From Actinomycetota bacterium (GTDB lineage: Bacteria > Actinomycetota > Acidimicrobiia > Acidimicrobiales > Ilumatobacteraceae), in NCBI GenBank assembly GCA_046095045.1, contig JBJTIO010000103.1, forward strand, positions 1-61,984: a stretch of DNA of 61,984 bases, read 5' to 3'. Each line of letters starts with the position of its first letter. Within the stretch, counting starts at the first letter, position 1. The translations under genes and the position numbers were made by a program. Below the pieces are notes generated by a model, which was given only the letters and a program-made list of their open reading frames with translations, searched no databases and had not been told where the DNA came from. Below are positions 20,996 to 29,959 of this stretch, in pieces.

Positions 20996-21747
20996 GCGAG
21001 TCTCCCGCATTGGCCGACGTCATCGCGGTCGCCTGCGCCGAAGCGTGGCGAGGCGACGGCGAGATCTTCGCGTCCGGCATGGGAGTGATGCAGATGCTCG
21101 GCGCACGTCTGGCCCGCGCGACGTTCGAACCCGATCTGATGGTGTCCGATGGCGAAGCGTTCTACGTGGCCGGCGATCTGCCGATCGGTGGTTCGAACAA
21201 GGTCGTCGAAGGTTGGATCCCCTTCCGCAGCGTGTTCGACACGCTCGCGGGCGGGCGACGTCACGTGATGATGGGTGCGAGCCAGATCGATCGCTACGGA
21301 AACACCAACATCGCCAACATCGGGCCGTGGGCCAAGCCGAAGGCGCAGTTGCTCGGCGTACGAGGCGGACCGGGCAACACGGTGAACAACGCGACGAGTT
21401 TCTTCATTCCGAAACATCAGTCGTCGGTGTTCGTCGCGTCGGTCGACATGGTCAGTGGTGTCGGCTACGACCGAGCCAAGAAGATCGGCGGATTCATCGC
21501 CAAGCGTCACGATCTGCGCCGGGTCGTCACCAACCTCGCCGTGCTCGATTTCGCGACGCCCGACAATTCGATGCGCATCGTGAGCATTCATCCCGGTGCG
21601 ACCGTCGACGACGTGATCGCCAACACCGGCTTCGAGCTCGTGGTCCCGGCCAACGTGCCGACCAGTCGCCCTCCGACATCCGACGAGATGGCCGCGATCG
21701 AACGCATCGATCCCAAGGGTCTGCGTCATCGGGAGATTCCGTCGTGA
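20992..21747 (+). CDS. ipdB: CoA-transferase family I beta subunit, IpdB-like
   Basis: GTG 20992 overlaps the ipdA stop (GTGA). Beta-subunit-like sequence (GASQIDRYGNTN...GGPGN). Confidence 0.72.
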   Translation: MSESPALADVIAVACAEAWRGDGEIFASGMGVMQMLGARLARATFEPDLMVSDGEAFYVAGDLPIGGSNKVVEGWIPFRSVFDTLAGGRRHVMMGASQIDRYGNTNIANIGPWAKPKAQLLGVRGGPGNTVNNATSFFIPKHQSSVFVASVDMVSGVGYDRAKKIGGFIAKRHDLRRVVTNLAVLDFATPDNSMRIVSIHPGATVDDVIANTGFELVVPANVPTSRPPTSDEMAAIERIDPKGLRHREIPS

Positions 21748-22823
21748 CGGTGATCCCGCACGAACGCCTGCGCACATCGTTGTGCGACCTGGTGGGCGTG
21801 CGATATCCCATCGTTCAGACCGGCATGGGGTGGGTCGCCGGTCCCAAGTTGGTGAGCGCCACCGCAAACGCCGGTGCACTCGGCATCATCGCGAGCGCGA
21901 CGATGGACTTCGATCAGTTGAAGCAGTCGATCGCCGAGGTGAAGAGTCGCACCACCGCGCCCTTCGGCGTCAACTTGCGCGCCGACTCGGCCGACGTGAA
22001 GGACCGCATCGCGCTGATGATCGACGAGGGCGTGAAGGTTGCGAGCTTCGCTCAAGCGCCCAAGCCCGACCTCATCGCGCGTCTCAAGGACGCCGGAGTC
22101 GTGGTGATCCCCTCGATCGGAGCCAAGCGCCACGCCGAGAAGGTTCTCGAATGGGGTGTCGACGCGGTGCTCGTGCAAGGTGGCGAGGGCGGCGGACACA
22201 CCGGAGCGGTGCCGACCACGGTGTTGCTCCCCCAGGTGGTCGATGCCGTGGCCGGGCGGGTGCCCGTGATCGCCGCCGGCGGATTCTTCGACGGACGCGG
22301 ACTCGTGGCGGCTCTGGCTTACGGCGCATCCGGAGTTGCCATGGGCACGCGCTTTCTTCTCACCAGTGATTCGTCGGTGCCCCAATCGGTGAAGGACTAC
22401 TACCTCGGCAAAGGTGTCCTCGACACCGTGGTGTCGGTTCAGGTCGATGGCGTGCCGCATCGTGTATTGCGCACCGAGTTGGTCGATCAACTCGAATCGG
22501 GCAGTGGCAAGGTGCTCGCGATTCCCCGAGCGGCGATCAACGCGTTGCGGTTTCGCAAGATGACCGGAGCCCGCCTCGGCGACATGTTCCGTGAGGGCAT
22601 GGCGATGAAGAAGTCGATGGATCTCTCGTGGACCCAGATGGTGATGGCCGCCAACACGCCGATGTTGCTCAAGTTGTCGCTCGTCGATGGTCGTACCGAG
22701 AGTGGTGTGATGGCGAGCGGTCAGGTGGTCGGGATCATCGACGACCTGCCCTCGTGCGAGGAACTCGTTCAGCGCATCATCGCGCAGGCGAACGACGTGC
22801 TCGACGGTCTCGGCCGTCGGTGA
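21744..22823 (+). CDS. nitronate monooxygenase / FabK-like NAD(P)H-dependent flavin oxidoreductase, IpdC-like by position
   Basis: GTG 21744 overlaps the upstream stop (GTGA). IVQTGMGWVAG and QGGEGGGHTG FMN-barrel motifs. Confidence 0.8.
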   Translation: MTVIPHERLRTSLCDLVGVRYPIVQTGMGWVAGPKLVSATANAGALGIIASATMDFDQLKQSIAEVKSRTTAPFGVNLRADSADVKDRIALMIDEGVKVASFAQAPKPDLIARLKDAGVVVIPSIGAKRHAEKVLEWGVDAVLVQGGEGGGHTGAVPTTVLLPQVVDAVAGRVPVIAAGGFFDGRGLVAALAYGASGVAMGTRFLLTSDSSVPQSVKDYYLGKGVLDTVVSVQVDGVPHRVLRTELVDQLESGSGKVLAIPRAAINALRFRKMTGARLGDMFREGMAMKKSMDLSWTQMVMAANTPMLLKLSLVDGRTESGVMASGQVVGIIDDLPSCEELVQRIIAQANDVLDGLGRR

Positions 22824-22839
22824 TTCGGAGGAATTTCTG

Positions 22840-23298
22840 ATGGCAGCAACCGTTCTCGACGGCCCCGATGCCGTGCGCGCCCATCTCGGTCGTCACCTCG
22901 GCTTCAGCGAATGGATCACGATCGATCAATCGCGAGTCGACTTGTTCGCCGACGCCACCGGCGACCATCAGTGGATCCACGTCGATCCCGAACGTGCCAA
23001 GGCCGGACCATTCGGCGCCCCGATTGCGCACGGATATCTCACGTTGTCGATCTCGAACTTGTTCCTGCCCCAGATCGTCGACGTGCGTGGATTCTCGGCC
23101 GGAGTGAATTACGGCGTCGACAAGGTGCGTTTCCCGAATCCCGTTCGGGTCGGCTCGCGCATTCGCGCCGGCGCGGAGTTGACCGCCATCTCCGATGTCA
23201 CCGGCGGACTGCAGACCACGATCGTCATCACCATCGAGATCGAAGGCGAGAGCAAGCCCGCCTGCGTCATCGAATCGCTGAGCCGCTGGCTCTTCTGA
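22840..23298 (+). CDS. MaoC family (R-specific enoyl-CoA) dehydratase, hot-dog fold
   Basis: 152 aa; DATGDHQWIHVDPERA hydratase-2 motif. Confidence 0.88.
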   Translation: MAATVLDGPDAVRAHLGRHLGFSEWITIDQSRVDLFADATGDHQWIHVDPERAKAGPFGAPIAHGYLTLSISNLFLPQIVDVRGFSAGVNYGVDKVRFPNPVRVGSRIRAGAELTAISDVTGGLQTTIVITIEIEGESKPACVIESLSRWLF

Positions 23299-23322
23299 AT
23301 CCCCGAGTCAAAGGAAGTCACC

Positions 23323-24129
23323 ATGAGTGTTCTCGCCCGTTTCGACATGTCCGGCAAGGTGGCCCTGTTGTCGGGTGCCGGTCGCGGCATCGGGGCCGCC
23401 AGTGCGCTGGCGCTGGCCGAGTCGGGGGCCGACATCGCCGTGATGGCCCGCAGCGTCGATCAGATCGAGTCGGTCGCCAAGCGCGCGCGAGCCATGGGGC
23501 GCCGAGCGATCGCCATCGCGACCGATGCCAATGATGCCGACGCCGTGAAAGCCGCGGTGGCGCGCACGGCCAAAGAACTCGGACGCATCGACACCGTCGT
23601 GAGCGTGGTCGGCGGAGCGATGCCGCAACCGTTCATGAACACATCCGACAAGGATCTGCGCAACTCGTTCGAGAACAACGTCGTCAACGGGCTGCGACTC
23701 GTGCGCGAGTGCGTGCCTCATCTGCTCGCGGCGGCCGGCGATCGCCCCGGCGGAGCATCGGTGGTGATGGTCTCGAGCGCGATCGGACACCTGGTTGGAC
23801 GCGGATACGTCTCATACGGCTCGGCCAAAGCGGCTCTCGATCATGCCGTCGAACTAATGGCGGCCGATTTGAATCCTCGCATTCGCGTCAATGCGGTCGC
23901 TCCCGGTGCGATTCTCACCGAAGCGCTCGAGATCGTTGCGGCGAACCCCGAATTGAAGGCTTCGATCGAGAACGCCACTCCCTTACGCCGTCTCGGCGAA
24001 CCCGACGACATCGCCGCCGCCGTCCTCTATCTCGCGTCGAGCGCGTCGAGTTACGTCACCGGCCAAGTACTCCCCGTCGACGGGGGCACCGTCACAACCA
24101 ACTTCAACTTTCCGATCGCCGATCTGTGA
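23323..24129 (+). CDS. SDR family oxidoreductase
   Basis: SGAGRGIGAA, Y-x3-K (YGSAKAA), C-terminal PVDGG. Confidence 0.9.
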   Translation: MSVLARFDMSGKVALLSGAGRGIGAASALALAESGADIAVMARSVDQIESVAKRARAMGRRAIAIATDANDADAVKAAVARTAKELGRIDTVVSVVGGAMPQPFMNTSDKDLRNSFENNVVNGLRLVRECVPHLLAAAGDRPGGASVVMVSSAIGHLVGRGYVSYGSAKAALDHAVELMAADLNPRIRVNAVAPGAILTEALEIVAANPELKASIENATPLRRLGEPDDIAAAVLYLASSASSYVTGQVLPVDGGTVTTNFNFPIADL

Positions 24130-25400
24130 ACTCGTCGCGACGACATAGTTCGCTCGGGGCCTTGCGCCACCGCGACTTCGCGTTGTTCTGGACCGCGGCC
24201 GCCATCTCGAACGGCGGCGGCTGGATGCAGATGGTCGCGGTGCCCGCGCTGTTGTTCGACATGACCGGCAGCTCGACGTGGCTCGGATTGGCGTCGATGG
24301 CGTCGTTGTTGCCCGCGGTGTTCCTGACACCGTACGCGGGCGTGCTGGCCGATCGCATGAGTCGTCGTTCGATCCTTCTGATCACCCAGACGGTGCAGAT
24401 GTTGTGCGCTTTCGGCTTGTGGACGTTTTACCTGACTGATTCGATTCGACCGGGACTCATCGTCGGGATCGGTTTCATCGGTGGTATCGCCACGGGCTTC
24501 CAAACCGCGGCCTGGCAGAGTTTCGTGCCGTTGCTCGTTCCCGCCGACGAATTGCTCGACGCGGTGAAGTTGAACTCGGTGCAGTTCACGTTGGCGCGCG
24601 CCATCGGACCGGGGTTGGCCGGTGCGGTGGTGAGCACCCTCGGCACCGGCGCCGCGATTCTGATCAACGCGATCACGTACCTATTGGTGATCGGCGCATT
24701 GTTCATCTCGAACCCCCGCCAGAGCATCATCCCGACGAGTTCCGGGCGAGTGTCGGAGGTCCTGCGGGACGGCCGGCGCTTCGTGTGGCACAACCGACCC
24801 TTGCGACTCGCGGTTTTCCTCGCCTTCGTCACCTCGCTGTGCGGCCAAGCTCTGCAACACGTCGCGCCGGCCATCGCGAATCGCATCTACGACCGTCCGT
24901 CGACCGACAACGCCGGACTGCTGGTGGCGCTCGGACTCGGTGCGCTGGCATCATCGGTGATCTCGGTTGCCGTCGGCGACCGCCTGCGTCGTTCGACACG
25001 AGTGATCGTCGCACTCGTGTTGTTCGCGGCGAGCACCGCTCTGATTCCGATCACGTCCTCGTACACGGTCGGTCTCATCGCCTACTTCATCGGTGGTCTC
25101 GCCCATCTTCAATCGGCCGTCGCCCTGAACACCCTCATCCAAGGCACGGTGCCCGATCACCTGCGCGGTCGCACCATGAGCTTCTACGTGCTCGGCATCC
25201 TCGCCGGCATTCCGCTCGGAGCGTTCACCCTCGGTCGACTTGGCGACATCTTCACCATGCGCGTCGCGGTGTACGCCGATGCCGCGGTGTTCGCGCTGTT
25301 GATCATCGTGCTCGTCGCTCGGGGTTGGCTCTCCGACCTCGACGTGAGCAGAATCGATGATGTGACGAGTGAGGATTCAGTGTCGGGAGACGCGCGATGA
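24126..25400 (+). CDS. MFS transporter (EntS/MFS_3-like), paralogous in type to 11917..13179
   Basis: GTG 24126 overlaps the SDR stop (GTGA). LRHRDFALFWTAAAISNGGGWMQ N-terminus and DRMSRR loop; polytopic. Confidence 0.85.
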   Translation: MNSSRRHSSLGALRHRDFALFWTAAAISNGGGWMQMVAVPALLFDMTGSSTWLGLASMASLLPAVFLTPYAGVLADRMSRRSILLITQTVQMLCAFGLWTFYLTDSIRPGLIVGIGFIGGIATGFQTAAWQSFVPLLVPADELLDAVKLNSVQFTLARAIGPGLAGAVVSTLGTGAAILINAITYLLVIGALFISNPRQSIIPTSSGRVSEVLRDGRRFVWHNRPLRLAVFLAFVTSLCGQALQHVAPAIANRIYDRPSTDNAGLLVALGLGALASSVISVAVGDRLRRSTRVIVALVLFAASTALIPITSSYTVGLIAYFIGGLAHLQSAVALNTLIQGTVPDHLRGRTMSFYVLGILAGIPLGAFTLGRLGDIFTMRVAVYADAAVFALLIIVLVARGWLSDLDVSRIDDVTSEDSVSGDAR

Positions 25401-26032
25401 AGCACCCCGAGGGTGAGGATCTCCACTACGACGCGGCGCGCATCGAGTTGGGCGCCACCGCACGCCGACTGAACCACGCTATCGTGGCGCGCGACGTCGA
25501 ACTCGAGCAATTGCAGTCCGCGATCGCGGAGTTGTCGTCGATCGCCGAGGAGTTCGAGCGCTCCGACCGACGCGAGCGGAGCTTCACTCATTTCAAGGAC
25601 AGCAAGCGCGTCGAGTTCGTCGACGGCGACATCATGACGAGCCACATCTGCCGTCCCGGATCGGGCCCCGGAAGCCCCCATGGCCTGGAGATGACCGTCA
25701 CCCGCAACGGTGACGTGGCCGAGGCTCGGTTCGTGATCGGCGATTCGTACGAAGGGGCACCCGGGCGCAGTCACGGGGGCATCGTCGCTCTCGCGTTCGA
25801 CGATGCGATGGGTTTCGTGCTCAGCATCATCCATTCGGTGGCCTACACCGGTGAGATCTCGGTCCGCTACAAGGCGCCGACTCCGCTGAACACTCCCCTC
25901 GTCATCCGAGCCCGACTCGACCGAATCGAGGGACGCAAGCTCCATCTCGTGGCCGAGATGAGCGAGGATCGACCCGACGCACCCCTGATCGCCACGTCGC
26001 ACGCACTCTTCATCGCGATCGAAACGTACTGA
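25397..26032 (+). CDS. PaaI-family (hot-dog) thioesterase-like protein
   Basis: ATG overlaps the MFS stop (ATGA). HGGIVALAFDDAMG motif. Confidence 0.75.
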   Translation: MKHPEGEDLHYDAARIELGATARRLNHAIVARDVELEQLQSAIAELSSIAEEFERSDRRERSFTHFKDSKRVEFVDGDIMTSHICRPGSGPGSPHGLEMTVTRNGDVAEARFVIGDSYEGAPGRSHGGIVALAFDDAMGFVLSIIHSVAYTGEISVRYKAPTPLNTPLVIRARLDRIEGRKLHLVAEMSEDRPDAPLIATSHALFIAIETY

Positions 26033-26039
26033 CGCGACT

Positions 26040-26062
26040 CTGACACAATGATCAACTGACAC
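26040..26062. promoter_or_regulatory. direct repeat CTGACAC-n9-CTGACAC upstream of the Rieske oxygenase gene
   Basis: Seen in the 53-nt gap 26033..26085; followed by a GGGGGGAAC ribosome-binding region and ATG 26086. Confidence 0.25.
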
Positions 26063-26085
26063 TGGCGTCCGACCTTGGGGGGAAC

Positions 26086-27234
26086 ATGACGGCACTCGAC
26101 AACGAACGTTCGACCGCACGCTTTCCACGCGATCTGGTGCGTCGACTCGTCGACAACTATCGCAACAAGACCCTCGACCATTGCGCCGAGGCCATCACTG
26201 AGCCAGCAACGGTGTTCACCGACCCCGTTCGATTCCAGCGCGAACTCGACGTGCTCTTTCGGCACGGTGCGCACATCGTCGGATGGACGGGCGAACTGCC
26301 GACACCCGGAACGTTCGTCACCAAAGACGTCGCCGGACATCCCGTGCTGATCACCCGCGCCGAGGATGGTCGACTACGGGCATTCCGCAACGCGTGCACG
26401 CACCGCGGAGCGCAAGTGGCCCAAGGTTGCGGCGAGGCGCGCCGTCTGACGTGCCCGTACCACGCGTGGTCGTTCGAACTCGACGGCTCGTTGGTCGGCC
26501 AACCCCAGGCCTACGCCTTCGACGCGATCGACAAGGCCACGCTCGGTCTCGAACCCCTTCCGGTCGCGAGTGTCGCCGGTTTGATCGCCGTCGGCTTGAT
26601 CGGCGATGTCGATCCGGCGGCCGCCTTCGCCGACATCGAACCCGAATTGCGTTGGTGCGGATACGAGACACACGAGATCGTGTGTCAGCACACGTTCCAC
26701 CTCAAGGCGAATTGGAAGATCGCCTTCGACGTGAATCTCGAGACGTATCACGTCGACTATCTCCATCGTGAGACGCTGTCGAACCTCGTGAAGCACAACC
26801 CGATCTACGACACCTTCGGTCGACACGCTCGCTGGGGTTTCCCCACGACCGGAGTCGAGCACTTGGTCGATCTACCCGAGGATCAGTGGCCCGATGTCTC
26901 GCCGGTGAGCATCATCCACACCTTGTTCCCGAGCGTGGTGCTTCTCGAGACACCCGTGAGCTGTCAGATGTTCCGCATCTATCCGGGTCGCACCGTCGGT
27001 GAATGCACCGTCGATCTCACGGAGGCCGCCCTGACGCCGGTGACCAACGACGAGGATCGTGCCGCCCGCAAACGCGGCGCCGATTTCGCGGCGTTGGTGG
27101 TGGGCAAGGAGGACTTCCCCGCGGCCGAACAATGCCAACGTGGCGCCGAGATCGGACTGAAGAAGTTCGTGTTCGGCGCGAACGAACCGATGCTGCAACA
27201 CTGGCACCGCACCTGGAACGCCGCGCTCGCCTGA
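26086..27234 (+). CDS. Rieske non-haem iron oxygenase, alpha subunit (alpha-only type)
   Basis: Rieske motif CTHRG...CPYHAWSF; catalytic-domain NWK...ETYHVDYLH iron-ligand region. Confidence 0.88.
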   Translation: MTALDNERSTARFPRDLVRRLVDNYRNKTLDHCAEAITEPATVFTDPVRFQRELDVLFRHGAHIVGWTGELPTPGTFVTKDVAGHPVLITRAEDGRLRAFRNACTHRGAQVAQGCGEARRLTCPYHAWSFELDGSLVGQPQAYAFDAIDKATLGLEPLPVASVAGLIAVGLIGDVDPAAAFADIEPELRWCGYETHEIVCQHTFHLKANWKIAFDVNLETYHVDYLHRETLSNLVKHNPIYDTFGRHARWGFPTTGVEHLVDLPEDQWPDVSPVSIIHTLFPSVVLLETPVSCQMFRIYPGRTVGECTVDLTEAALTPVTNDEDRAARKRGADFAALVVGKEDFPAAEQCQRGAEIGLKKFVFGANEPMLQHWHRTWNAALA

Positions 27235-27259
27235 TCCATCGACACCTAGAAAGCACGCC

Positions 27260-28702
27260 ATGAACACCGCCAACATCGTTTCGATCATGAAGGCCCTCGC
27301 CGATAAAGCGGCCGCCGATCCGAGCCGCCCCGCAATCACGTGCGGCGATCAGAGCATCACGCGCGGCGACCTGGAGTCGCGCACCAATCGACTCGCCCGT
27401 GCCTACGCCGAACGCGGCGTGACCTTCGGTCGCTTCGTTACGGTGGCCTTACCGAACTCGGTCGAGTTCTACGAGGCGTGCATCGCCACCTGGAAGTTGG
27501 GCGCGACTCCGCAGCCGGTCAGTTATCGCCTGCCCGATCGTGAACGCCAAGCGATCGTCGAACTCGCGGACTCGGCGTTGGTCGTCGGTGTCGAGCCGTC
27601 CGCTCATCCCGGACGTAACACGGTCGCGGCTGGTTTCGATCCGTCGGGTTACGACGACTCGCCGTTGCCCGATGTGACCGCTCCGGCGATGAAAGCACCG
27701 ACGTCGGGGGGTTCGACGGGTCGACCGAAATTGATCGTCGCCGGCGATCCCGGAATCGTGAACGTGGGCGCTCCCGGCATGGGCCAGCGCGTCGACGGAG
27801 TGGTGTGCATCCCCGGACCGCTCTATCACAACGCGCCGTTCTCGTTCGGCGCCGGTGCGCTCTTCCAAGGCAATCATCTCGTGCTGTTGCCGCAGTTCGA
27901 TGCCGAGGCGACACTCGCCGCCGTCGACAAGCATCGCGCCGACTGGATTTTGTTCGTGCCCACCATGATGTCGCGCATCTCGCGACTGCCCGACGACGTG
28001 AAGAATCGTTACGACCTGTCGTCGCTCACGACCGTGTGGCACATGGCGGCACCGTGCCCGCCGTGGCTGAAAGAAGAGTGGTGCCATTGGTTGGGTGGCG
28101 AGAAGATCTTCGAGCTCTACGCCGGCACCGAAGCGCAGGCCGTGACGATCATCCGAGGCGACGAGTGGTTGGCCCACCGCGGTTCGGTCGGTCGATGCGT
28201 CACCGGTGAGATGAAAGTGCTCGATCCCGAGACATACGAGGACCTGCCCGCGGGCACGGTTGGCGAGATCTTCATGCGCAACAGTCGCGTCACGTACAAG
28301 TACCTCGGCGCCGAGGCGCGACGGTCGCCCGATGGCTGGGAGAGCCTCGGCGACATGGGCAAGATCGACGCCGAGGGATACGTGTACCTCACCGATCGTC
28401 GCGGCGACATGATCCTGTCGGGTGGTGCCAACATCTACCCCGCCGAAGTGGAGATCGCGCTCAGCGAACACCCCGACGTGGTGTCGAGTGCCGTGATCGG
28501 ATTGCCCGACGAGGATCTCGGTAATCGCATCCATGCCGTGGTACAGGTGTCGAAGCCCATCGACGAGGACACACTGCGCACCTTTCTCGGCGAGCGACTG
28601 GTGCGTTACAAGGTGCCGCGCTCGTTCGAGTTCACGAGCGAGCCAGTGCGTGACGACGCCGGCAAGGTGCGACGCTCGGCCCTGCGCGACGAACGCAGCT
28701 AG
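27260..28702 (+). CDS. AMP-dependent acyl-CoA synthetase/ligase
   Basis: AMP-binding motif TSGGSTGRPK, GTEA, and C-terminal GK...R. Confidence 0.9.
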   Translation: MNTANIVSIMKALADKAAADPSRPAITCGDQSITRGDLESRTNRLARAYAERGVTFGRFVTVALPNSVEFYEACIATWKLGATPQPVSYRLPDRERQAIVELADSALVVGVEPSAHPGRNTVAAGFDPSGYDDSPLPDVTAPAMKAPTSGGSTGRPKLIVAGDPGIVNVGAPGMGQRVDGVVCIPGPLYHNAPFSFGAGALFQGNHLVLLPQFDAEATLAAVDKHRADWILFVPTMMSRISRLPDDVKNRYDLSSLTTVWHMAAPCPPWLKEEWCHWLGGEKIFELYAGTEAQAVTIIRGDEWLAHRGSVGRCVTGEMKVLDPETYEDLPAGTVGEIFMRNSRVTYKYLGAEARRSPDGWESLGDMGKIDAEGYVYLTDRRGDMILSGGANIYPAEVEIALSEHPDVVSSAVIGLPDEDLGNRIHAVVQVSKPIDEDTLRTFLGERLVRYKVPRSFEFTSEPVRDDAGKVRRSALRDERS

Positions 28703-29865
28703 ACCGCGCGGAACGTCACCGGCAAACTCTTCATTCCACGCACGAACGACGCGTGGCCATACTCTGGCACGAAATCGGCATCGGCAAAACGCAAGTCGAC
28801 CATGCGCGTCAGCACTTCGGTGTAGATAATTTTCAACTCGAGGCGTGCCAGGCTGGCCCCCAGACACAGGTGCGGCCCCCATCCGAACGAGATGTGCGGG
28901 TTCGGGTCGCGCGTGACGTCGAACTCGTCGGGATCAGCGAAGTGGTCCTCGTCCCGATTGGCCGCCGTGTAGTGCATCAGCACCTGTGCGCCGGCAGGAA
29001 TAGTGACCCCGCGAACCTCGACATCTCGCGTGGTGACCCGCACCATGTTGATGATCGGTGTCACCCAACGGATGCTCTCCTCGATCGCTCGTTCGAGATC
29101 CTCGGGTGATCGACGAGCGATCGCCATCTGGTCGGGTCGACGAATGAGCGCTTCGAGACCGCCGGCAATCACGTTGCGCGTCGTCTCGTTGCCGCCGACG
29201 AGCAACAACAACGCGTTACCGATCACGTGGGCATCGTCCATCACCGTGCCGTCGTCGAGCGGCGTCATGAACTTGCTGATCAGATCGTCGCCCGGATGCG
29301 AACGCCGCTCTTCCATCACCCGCCCGGTGTAGGTGTAGAACTCGATCGCCGCGTTGATCACCTCGTCCGTGACGTAACGCGGATCATCGGCGCCGGTGAT
29401 CATCACGTCGGAGAGGTGCTGCAGCCAGTCGTACTCCGAAGGCTGAGCACCGAGCATCTCACCGATGAGAGTCATGGGAAGCGGTTTGGCGATGTCCTCG
29501 ACGATGTCGCACGACCCCTTCTCGATCACCGCGTCGACCAGTGCTCGCGCCACGTCGCGCACGTGCGCCTCATAGGCCGCCATTTGTCGGGGTCCAAACC
29601 CTCTCGCCACGCTTCGACGTTGGTCGGCGTGGGCCGGGTCGTCACTGTCGATCATCGACGGCTGGGGTTGCCCGTTCGGTCGTGAACCGATCGCGCCGCT
29701 CGAGAACAAGGCGGGTTGCCGCTCGGCCCAGCGAATGTCGTCGATCTTGGTGAGAGCCCAGATGCCGTTCGGATCGCAATAGACCGGTTGGTTATTGCGA
29801 ATCCACGCCAACGTCGGATATGGATCGCCCTGATACAAGTCACGATCGAGAATCTGCACCTGCAT
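28699..29865 (-). CDS. cytochrome P450
   Basis: I-helix LLLVGGNETT, ExxR (EESIRW), haem-Cys loop FGWGPHLCLGASLA. ATG 29865 preceded by GAGGGGG. The ORF-track extension to 30396 is antisense to the binding-protein gene. Confidence 0.92.
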   Translation of the reverse strand: MQVQILDRDLYQGDPYPTLAWIRNNQPVYCDPNGIWALTKIDDIRWAERQPALFSSGAIGSRPNGQPQPSMIDSDDPAHADQRRSVARGFGPRQMAAYEAHVRDVARALVDAVIEKGSCDIVEDIAKPLPMTLIGEMLGAQPSEYDWLQHLSDVMITGADDPRYVTDEVINAAIEFYTYTGRVMEERRSHPGDDLISKFMTPLDDGTVMDDAHVIGNALLLLVGGNETTRNVIAGGLEALIRRPDQMAIARRSPEDLERAIEESIRWVTPIINMVRVTTRDVEVRGVTIPAGAQVLMHYTAANRDEDHFADPDEFDVTRDPNPHISFGWGPHLCLGASLARLELKIIYTEVLTRMVDLRFADADFVPEYGHASFVRGMKSLPVTFRAV

Positions 29866-29899
29866 GTCGCCCCCTCTTGGACAACAGTAATGACTCGAC

Positions 29900-29918
29900 G
29901 GCGACAGCACCCGTCGCC
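29900..29918. promoter_or_regulatory. inverted repeat GGCGAC-n7-GTCGCC in the divergent P450 / binding-protein intergenic region
   Basis: Seen directly; the intergenic region 29866..29959 is one of the few non-coding stretches. Confidence 0.25.
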
Positions 29919-29959
29919 CAGAAATGGAGTGATGTCCCTCGATCCGCCAGAATGACGAG

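Noticed and set aside
20805-21743. Long N-terminal extensions of ORF-track entries (this one, plus 799..1149, 16073..16522, 18937..19308, 23709..24125, 29866..30396, 33892..33981, 50066..51547 and 52147..52251)
   Set aside because: These stretches overlap the well-supported upstream gene in another frame and translate to Arg/Pro/Ser-rich low-complexity sequence. The recognisable domain always begins at an internal ATG/GTG that overlaps or abuts the upstream stop.
26086-27234. Calling the Rieske oxygenase KshA (3-ketosteroid 9-alpha-hydroxylase)
   Set aside because: The Rieske motif context (CTHRG...CPYHAWSF) and the catalytic domain (NWKIAFDVNLETYHVDYLH) do not resemble the KshA sequence as I remember it. 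No kshB-like reductase is nearby. Left as a generic alpha-only Rieske oxygenase.
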